The position numbers were made by a program, and so were the translations under genes. The notes beneath the pieces were generated by a model, which made no database searches, was not told where the DNA came from, and saw nothing but the letters and a program-made list of their open reading frames with translations. Positions 48,387 to 53,724 of a DNA stretch of 64,000 nucleotides are shown here, in pieces; positions within the stretch are counted from its first letter, which is position 1; the number at the start of each line of letters is the position of its first letter. The stretch lies in IMG/VR virus record IMGVR_UViG_3300027759_003166, one strand, 5' to 3'. The stretch comes from a virus (lineage: Duplodnaviria > Caudoviricetes).

Positions 48387-49007
48387 CTATGCTCTTATAA
48401 GTTTAAAAAATTGATTATCACCGCTATTATGACATCCATCAAAAATAAAATGAGTATTCCAATCACCGATGCGATGACTTACATGTCTATACATTGGGTG
48501 CATATCATAATTGTCTCTATAAGGACAAAGATTTTCTCTATTAATTGCTTCAATAAATTGAAATAAGTATTTTTTAGGAAACGCATATAATGCATCTCCT
48601 ACAAACCGATCATTGGTCCAAAATGGTTCAATTTCTTTAAAAAGGAAATTAAATTTATTATAGTCTATATTCCAAGTGTTAACTGGAGTATTGAAATGAA
48701 TATCATATCTAGTAGCAATAATAAAATCTAAATCTTCGTAGATCAATTCTTCCATACTACGCTTATAGGTAGTACGAATCTGACTTCCTTGATATGGGAT
48801 AATAACAGCCTTAGATGCATTGTAATGCTCTATCATTCCTGTTAGTTCAGGATGTGGATATGTTGTGAGATAAACCCCTGCATTAGGAATAACATTAATA
48901 AGTTTTTCTTTTATGTTATCTTTTGCCAGCTTCCAATCTCGATCAGCTTTGGCTGTTCCTACTGCCTGTCCCCACGCGGCACCTGTTAATACTATTCCTA
49001 TTTTCAT
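48387..49007 (-). CDS. glycan-related hypothetical protein (divergent GQPRF family)
   Basis: MKIGIVLTG..DFIIATRYD..GDALY. Confidence 0.55.
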   Translation of the reverse strand: MKIGIVLTGAAWGQAVGTAKADRDWKLAKDNIKEKLINVIPNAGVYLTTYPHPELTGMIEHYNASKAVIIPYQGSQIRTTYKRSMEELIYEDLDFIIATRYDIHFNTPVNTWNIDYNKFNFLFKEIEPFWTNDRFVGDALYAFPKKYLFQFIEAINRENLCPYRDNYDMHPMYRHVSHRIGDWNTHFIFDGCHNSGDNQFFKLIRA

Positions 49008-49019
49008 TTATGTTTAATC

Positions 49020-49095
49020 TGGAGCGGGTGATCGGAGTCGAACCGACGACAATCACGTTGGCAACGTGGCGCTCTACCAGCTGAGCTACACCCGC
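49020..49095 (-). tRNA. tRNA-Gly(GCC)
   Basis: Loop UUGCCAA, U73, CCA. Confidence 0.93.
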
Positions 49096-49118
49096 ATAAT
49101 TTTATTTACTATCTTAGT

Positions 49119-49196
49119 TGGAGTGCCGGGTCGGATTTGAACCGACGGTTTGACAGTTTTGCAGACTGTTGCGTTGGGCCTCTCCGCCACCGACAC
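49119..49196 (-). tRNA. tRNA-Cys(GCA)
   Basis: Loop CUGCAAA, U73, CCA. Confidence 0.92.
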
Positions 49197-49203
49197 ACTT
49201 ATT

Positions 49204-49278
49204 TGGCGGGCCGCCTAGGACTCGAACCCAGACTTAACAGATTTGGAATCTGCGGTGCAGCCATTACACTAACGACCC
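49204..49278 (-). tRNA. tRNA-Trp(CCA)
   Basis: Loop UUCCAAA, G73, CCA. Confidence 0.9.
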
Positions 49279-49427
49279 TTTTTTCTTTTGAGGAAGTCCA
49301 CCTTTGGACCACTCTGTATTTTCGTATATTGCTAACTCATCTTTTGATATTCGTTTAGCAATAATACCATTGTTTATTAATATTGTTCCTATATTAGCCT
49401 CTGCTACTAGGGATACATATATTTGTT

Positions 49428-50087
49428 TTATGCAGGTTCTACAAGAAAATTCTTGTACCATTCTGCTTCTGTTAACATTTCAACAATTTTATAATTATTA
49501 TTGTTTATCCAACTGTCAAACTCATTGAGATTTGAATTACTCACTTCTACAAACAATAAAGGTCTACATCTTGCTATAGTATCAGCAAGTCCAATGAGTA
49601 CATCCATTTCCATGCCTTCTACATCAATTTTAATCAAATCAATTTTTTTATTATAAAATAAGGCATCGCCTGGTACTTGAGGAATACCCGATATCATCCC
49701 TTGATCTTTTAAACTTGTTGCACCTAAATTATCGTTAAACATTTCTCGAATGCCTGAAAACCCAAATCTAGAACCCATTGCTAGACCTAGAAAATCTATG
49801 TTAACGGATTTGCAATAATTCAATGCTATATTTTGTAATAGTAATTTATAGCTCTGTGCTATTGGCTCAATGACAATTATTTCTTTTGGATTCAGATACC
49901 AATCAAAAAATATAGTGTGATTACCCACATTTGCCCCAACATCTACAATTGTAAGATCTGGAGGAATATATTTTATTAGTTTATCCAATTCATCTCGTTC
50001 ATAAAATTCACATTTAAGATGATGACGTTGAATAGTATCATTACCATTATCTACCATAAATTTTAATTTTCTCATATATGCTTTCAT
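49428..50087 (-). CDS. FkbM family methyltransferase
   Basis: VDVGANVGNH, IEP, IKIDVEGME. Confidence 0.88.
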   Translation of the reverse strand: MKAYMRKLKFMVDNGNDTIQRHHLKCEFYERDELDKLIKYIPPDLTIVDVGANVGNHTIFFDWYLNPKEIIVIEPIAQSYKLLLQNIALNYCKSVNIDFLGLAMGSRFGFSGIREMFNDNLGATSLKDQGMISGIPQVPGDALFYNKKIDLIKIDVEGMEMDVLIGLADTIARCRPLLFVEVSNSNLNEFDSWINNNNYKIVEMLTEAEWYKNFLVEPA

Positions 50088-50092
50088 TTATT

Positions 50093-50182
50093 TGGCGGAA
50101 CGACTGAGACTCGAACTCAGAAACCCTCTTTCGAGAGTCGATGGATTAGCAATCCACTCCAATACCATTATGGGACCGTTCC
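50093..50182 (-). tRNA. tRNA-Ser(GCU)
   Basis: Long variable arm, loop UUGCUAA, G73, CCA. Confidence 0.92.
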
Positions 50183-50190
50183 TTAATTCT

Positions 50191-50303
50191 TGGTGCAACC
50201 GGTAGGTCTCGAACCTACAAAGGCGTTGTCTAGGACTTTGCCCCATCACCGGCTTTTCTTTTCAGAAGAAGCGGCAGGTCTGCCATATTCCACTCACGGT
50301 CGC
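50191..50303 (-). ncRNA. 113-nt tRNA-like RNA lacking an anticodon loop
   Basis: Acceptor GCGACCG/CGGUUGC plus ACCA, T-arm GUAGG-UUCGAGA-CCUAC, extended arm capped by GAAA. Confidence 0.6.
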
Positions 50304-50318
50304 AAGTATATTATATAC

Positions 50319-51056
50319 TTATTCGCCCGCTGTGTCAACTGATTTTACGTGAGCAAGTTCTTTGTTGATAAAGTCCCAAGCTCTTTGCAGTAACCTCTTG
50401 TAGTGAGGATTATCCGTTTTTTCTGGATATATGTCTGCTATATGTTTAACTTCAAATGCTCTATTTAGATATGCTGTCATTTTTGTTCTAAATGCTGCTG
50501 GATCTAAATGAGACAATTTAGGTATCACTGGCGAGATAAAATGTAATGCTTCAATAAAACGTGCATTAATTTCTGCCGGTTGTGCTCTATAAGCGGTATC
50601 TGGATCTTCCCGATCTGCTGGATTTCTTGCTGTACTATAACGTGTACTTTGATTAGCCCTATCCGACGATTTAAAATCGTCCATGGCGTGTCTTAGTTCG
50701 TGTGCAATAATAGTACGCATACGGTTAGAGGACAAGTAATCAGCATTTAAAGATATTGCCTTTTCTGCAGGATCCCATTCACCTAAGTGTGAGTCTGCTC
50801 CTGTTGCTCGTCCATTTAATCTACGTGCTAGATCTACAATAGCTTCATCTGAGGATATTGCCAAACGTATTCTATCCACGGCAGGAATTGGAGTGTCAAA
50901 TAGATCTCCAATGCGTCCAATATGTATTACGCCTGTTTCATCGTAGTCTAACTCTGTATCAGCGTATTGCTGTAGATAATCGTAGATAGTATCAGCAAGG
51001 CTCATAACAGCACGATCTTCTTCAGCAGTTTCAACTAGTAGTTCATGTATTCGCAT
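50319..51056 (-). CDS. HEXXH zinc-metallopeptidase-like protein, possible capsid-targeting N-terminus
   Basis: MRIHELLVE; IAHELRHAMD..EINARF; TAAATA just upstream. Confidence 0.6.
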   Translation of the reverse strand: MRIHELLVETAEEDRAVMSLADTIYDYLQQYADTELDYDETGVIHIGRIGDLFDTPIPAVDRIRLAISSDEAIVDLARRLNGRATGADSHLGEWDPAEKAISLNADYLSSNRMRTIIAHELRHAMDDFKSSDRANQSTRYSTARNPADREDPDTAYRAQPAEINARFIEALHFISPVIPKLSHLDPAAFRTKMTAYLNRAFEVKHIADIYPEKTDNPHYKRLLQRAWDFINKELAHVKSVDTAGE

Positions 51057-51068
51057 CTACTTATTTAG

Positions 51069-51156
51069 TGGAGGAAGATGTGAGATTCGAACTCACGGTC
51101 CCTTTCGAGACGACAGTTTTCAAGACTGTTGGTTTAAACCACTCACCCAATCTTCC
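51069..51156 (-). tRNA. tRNA-Ser(UGA)
   Basis: Long variable arm, loop CUUGAAA, CCA. Confidence 0.9.
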
Positions 51157-51164
51157 TTATGTGT

Positions 51165-51239
51165 TGGTGCGTCCGGATGGAATCGAACCACCATTACTAA
51201 GTTCGTAGCCTAGAGTATTCTCCATTATACTACGGACGC
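51165..51239 (-). tRNA. tRNA-Arg(ACG)
   Basis: Loop CUACGAA, CCA. Confidence 0.92.
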
Positions 51240-51246
51240 TTTAATT

Positions 51247-51320
51247 TGGTCCTCTCGACAAGAATCGAACTTGTAATGACCGGTTATCAGCCGATTGTTA
51301 TACCATTTAACTACAAGAGG
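51247..51320 (-). tRNA. tRNA-Ile(GAU)
   Basis: Loop CUGAUAA, CCA. Confidence 0.9.
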
Positions 51321-51405
51321 ATTTCGTGGTTGATTTCATCCTGAGCCACCCACTCTATTATACTATGTATAACGTGGGGCTTTGCTACACGACCAGGATC
51401 TGCTC

Positions 51406-51482
51406 TGGGGTAACCAATGGGGAACGATCCCATTCTATCACTTTCACAGAGTGAGGTGCTAAACCTTTACACTATGGTCACC
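51406..51482 (-). tRNA. tRNA-His(GUG) with G-1:C73
   Basis: Loop CUGUGAA, T-loop AUCGUUC, CCA. Confidence 0.88.
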
Positions 51483-51575
51483 ATATAAAAATACATTCCA
51501 AAAACTTCCGATTAGTTATGTCGGTCATAACGTTTATACAGGATAACTAATTCCTGCAGGAATGTATTTTTATAT
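51483..51575 (-). ncRNA. long-stem element IIc
   Basis: Perfect 17-bp inverted repeat atataaaaatacattcc/ggaatgtatttttatat; inner attagttat/ataactaat. Confidence 0.55.
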
Positions 51576-51579
51576 AATA

Positions 51580-51660
51580 CCATATAGAAACACATTGCTT
51601 CTGTCTCCAAGGACTTCTGATGGACTAGGTCACAGCCTAGGACAATGTGTTTTTATATGG
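51580..51660 (-). ncRNA. long-stem element IId
   Basis: 18-bp inverted repeat with one imperfect pair; two inner hairpins. Confidence 0.55.
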
Positions 51661-51732
51661 TAGGGGCACCCGGACTCGAACCGGGATAGATCGGGTAAAA
51701 GCCGACTATTCTAGCCTTTGAATTATACCCCC
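51658..51732 (-). tRNA. tRNA-Lys(UUU)
   Basis: Loop CUUUUAC, CCA. Confidence 0.88.
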
Positions 51733-51735
51733 ATA

Positions 51736-51810
51736 TGGTCCACAGCCCCAGAATCGAACTGGGCTCTCTCGGCTTAAGAGGCCGGACTTCGCCAGCAAAG
51801 TTTGCTGTGG
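51736..51810 (-). tRNA. tRNA-Lys(CUU)
   Basis: Loop CUCUUAA, A at position 8, CCA. Confidence 0.78.
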
Positions 51811-51872
51811 ATGGATTCGTAAATATTTTCTTTTACGTGCCATCCAGGACCATACGGGGGTCTAGGATGACA

Positions 51873-51896
51873 CTATCGTTTCGCTGAACGTTTCAT
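51873..51896 (-). other. 7-codon mini-ORF MKRSAKR with GGAG SD and downstream stems
   Basis: ATG AAA CGT TCA GCG AAA CGA TAG; GGAG 6 nt upstream. Confidence 0.35.
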
Positions 51897-51991
51897 GTCG
51901 TTCTCCTTTTAAAGTTTTCTCATAATAAAATACAGAGCACAAAATATAATTACTATCAATAGTAAGACCATAATATGCTCCTTGGTGTGGT

Positions 51992-52066
51992 TGGCAGGGA
52001 CTGAAGGTAACGCTCCTTCTCACCCAGTTTCAAAGACTGGTATCTGCTCTTATCGATTTAATCCCT
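51992..52066 (-). tRNA. atypical tRNA-Gln(UUG)
   Basis: Loop CUUUGAA, CCA; non-canonical T-loop AGCGUUA and D-loop. Confidence 0.65.
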
Positions 52067-52162
52067 ATGTTATCTAACTCTTGTTTTGTTAATACAGATA
52101 TTTTTAATTCCGGATGTTGAGTTATTTCCCCTGCCAAACAACACAATGCCCCAACAATAAAA

Positions 52163-52217
52163 CAGGATGCTTATTTTTCAATTAAAAGTTGAATTTAAAA
52201 TTTGCTGTTCGCATCCT
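52163..52217 (-). ncRNA. ACAGCAA hairpin element D (carries Lys-type anticodon stem-loop)
   Basis: AGGAUGC-GAACAGCAA...GCAUCCUG; inner UUCAA-CUUUUAA-UUGAA. Confidence 0.6.
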
Positions 52218-52222
52218 AAAAG

Positions 52223-52297
52223 TGGCTCCCTCGGGAAGGATCGAACTTCCGACCAATTGGTTAACAGCCAACTGCTCTACCTCTGAGCTACAAGGGA
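52223..52297 (-). tRNA. tRNA-Asn(GUU)
   Basis: Loop CUGUUAA, G73, CCA. Confidence 0.93.
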
Positions 52298-52305
52298 ATA
52301 ATAAA

Positions 52306-52516
52306 TTTGTAAGTAGTTCCGCCCATATTATCGGAACCATTCACCTTATTATACAAGGCCGGCAAGGTCTCGGTACGTTACTTGGGAGTCCTCCAAATGA
52401 TACGCCAATTGTATACTAGTCTTCCGACCAGCCGGGCATCGAACCCGCATCCTTTTACTGTTTCAGTTGTTCGAACGAACCTAGACAGCGTGACTTCTCT
52501 TGCTAACACTTACAAA
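52306..52516 (-). ncRNA. about 210-nt multi-hairpin RNA candidate with internal T-arm
   Basis: 9-bp terminal inverted repeat tttgtaagt/acttacaaa; GCGGG-UUCGAUG-CCCG; several further hairpins. Confidence 0.45.
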
Positions 52517-52519
52517 ACT

Positions 52520-52594
52520 TGGAGTCGCATACGGGTTTCGATCCCGTCTAGTCACCTTGAAAGGGTGATGACCTCGCCAGAAGTCTAATGCGAC
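52520..52594 (-). tRNA. tRNA-Glu(UUC)
   Basis: Loop CUUUCAA, CCA. Confidence 0.88.
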
Positions 52595-52603
52595 ATAATA
52601 AAA

Positions 52604-52662
52604 CAGGATAGCATTTTTTTTCATTAACGTTGAAAGTTTTTTGAGTTTGCTGTTGCTATCCT
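52604..52662 (-). ncRNA. ACAGCAA hairpin element E
   Basis: AGGAUAGC-AACAGCAA...GCUAUCCUG; inner UUUCA-ACGUUAA-UGAAA. Confidence 0.6.
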
Positions 52663-52721
52663 AAAACTTGGTGGATAACAGATGCCGACCGTAAGGTATA
52701 AGCACCCGCTTCTCCATAATT

Positions 52722-52798
52722 TGGCGCCCCGGACGGGAATCGAACCCGTGACCTCAACCGTGACAGGGTTGCGTGATAAACCGCTACACTACCGGAGC
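52722..52798 (-). tRNA. tRNA-Asp(GUC)
   Basis: Loop CUGUCAC, G73, CCA. Confidence 0.93.
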
Positions 52799-52804
52799 TA
52801 AACT

Positions 52805-52880
52805 TGGTGGAGGATAACGGATTCGAACCGTTTGCTCCTGGTTGCAAACCAGGTGTGTTAGCCAAGTATACCAATCCCCC
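52805..52880 (-). tRNA. tRNA-Ala(UGC)
   Basis: G3-U70, loop UUUGCAA, CCA. Confidence 0.88.
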
Positions 52881-52885
52881 GAATA

Positions 52886-52971
52886 TGGTGGAGGCGGATG
52901 GATTCGAACCACCGTGCTTTTTACGGGCAAGATTTACAGTCTTGTGCAATCAACCTCTCTGCCACGCCTCC
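52886..52971 (-). tRNA. tRNA-Tyr(GUA)
   Basis: Class II, loop CUGUAAA, CCA. Confidence 0.93.
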
Positions 52972-52979
52972 AAAATTGT

Positions 52980-53134
52980 TACACACTCCCGCTACGCTTT
53001 TTGACGCGATTCAAAGTCGCGAAAGAGAATGTGTATATTAAAACATACTAATGAAATTGCACTACCTCAGTTTCACGCTGAGTTACCAGTAGTCACGGAG
53101 GCATTGTCCTCCTGCAAATAGTATGCTTTAATAT
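52980..53134 (-). ncRNA. long-stem elements IIe (52980-53036, imperfect) and IIf (53035-53134)
   Basis: IIf 16-bp inverted repeat atattaaaacatacta/tagtatgctttaatat (G-U on minus strand). Confidence 0.5.
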
Positions 53135-53239
53135 GACGAATTTTTTTATCTACAAGAAGATAATCCATCCTCGTCACCGCCCGTTTACCCCATGTTTATA
53201 GTGCAGGGTGTGGTCCTCGTTACCACATATTCACACTCG

Positions 53240-53276
53240 AAAAGCAAAAACCCCAGGGTGTTTAGTCCTAGGGTCC
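53240..53276 (-). terminator. intrinsic terminator of the leader (attenuator terminator)
   Basis: GACCCUAGG/CCUGGGGUU 9-bp stem followed by U-tract (UUUUUGCUUUU). Confidence 0.7.
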
Positions 53277-53299
53277 TTTGGAGTTAGTGTGTAGTTGTA

Positions 53300-53443
53300 T
53301 TACACTCTGGTCTCCTGGGACCCCTGGCTAATATAGCCCTCTGGTGTGCGATCATTAGATAGACTATCAAACGCCAACCAGCATGAGGGCATCTGCCCTA
53401 ATTTGGCTATCGTATGTTTATAGTTTCTAACTGCTGATTGCAT
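53300..53443 (-). CDS. 47-aa leader peptide containing all 20 amino acids
   Basis: MQSAVRNYKHTIAKLGQMPSCWLAFDSLSNDRTPEGYISQGSQETRV* by manual translation; below ORF-track cutoff. Confidence 0.6.
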   Translation of the reverse strand: MQSAVRNYKHTIAKLGQMPSCWLAFDSLSNDRTPEGYISQGSQETRV

Positions 53444-53500
53444 TTTACTTTCCAATTTACCTTTAAATTACTACACGGCATTATTGCTGTGTATGTATGA

Positions 53501-53529
53501 ATTATACATTTATTTAGCCTCGCTGTCAA
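53501..53529 (-). promoter_or_regulatory. sigma70 consensus promoter P1 of the tRNA array
   Basis: TTGACA-17-TATAAT (plus tgtcaa 53524-53529, attata 53501-53506). Confidence 0.85.
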
Positions 53530-53585
53530 CCTGTTTTTGCCTTTTTGAACAAAATATTTTGACTTTGTTGCTGTGTATGTGACTA

Positions 53586-53614
53586 ATTGTATAGTGATTG
53601 TGTTACCCTGTCAA
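53586..53614 (-). promoter_or_regulatory. sigma70-type promoter P2 of the tRNA array
   Basis: TTGACA-17-TACAAT (plus tgtcaa 53609-53614, attgta 53586-53591). Confidence 0.75.
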
Positions 53615-53724
53615 CTAGTTTGTTGTATTTTTACAACAGAAGATTTGTCCAAACTGTGTTTCAGTTCTTGACTTTGTTAGGGCAACTGTGTTTAAATAAG
53701 TGCTACTATAACTATAAGGAACGT

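Noticed and set aside
50191-50303. tmRNA or intron-containing tRNA
   Set aside because: Too short, no tag reading frame or pseudoknots, and no group I core or recoverable anticodon loop.
44531-52971. Stop-codon reassignment or suppressor tRNAs
   Set aside because: No CUA, UUA or UCA anticodon tRNAs found, and genes are intact under code 11 with TAG and TGA used as stops.
44534-53051. Track ORFs overlapping tRNAs (44534, 46652, 46996, 47313, 49137, 52189, 52382, 52656, 52804, 52842)
   Set aside because: They are read-throughs of tRNA or structured RNA sequence without protein motifs.
44202-53134. Hairpin families as a CRISPR or TIGR-type array
   Set aside because: Units are dispersed, of unequal length and self-complementary at their ends rather than direct repeats with regular spacers; no cas-like gene is in the window.
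46947-53134. Long-stem elements as MITEs
   Set aside because: Interiors are unrelated, no target-site duplications or transposase are seen, and G-U bias favours RNA; not fully excluded.
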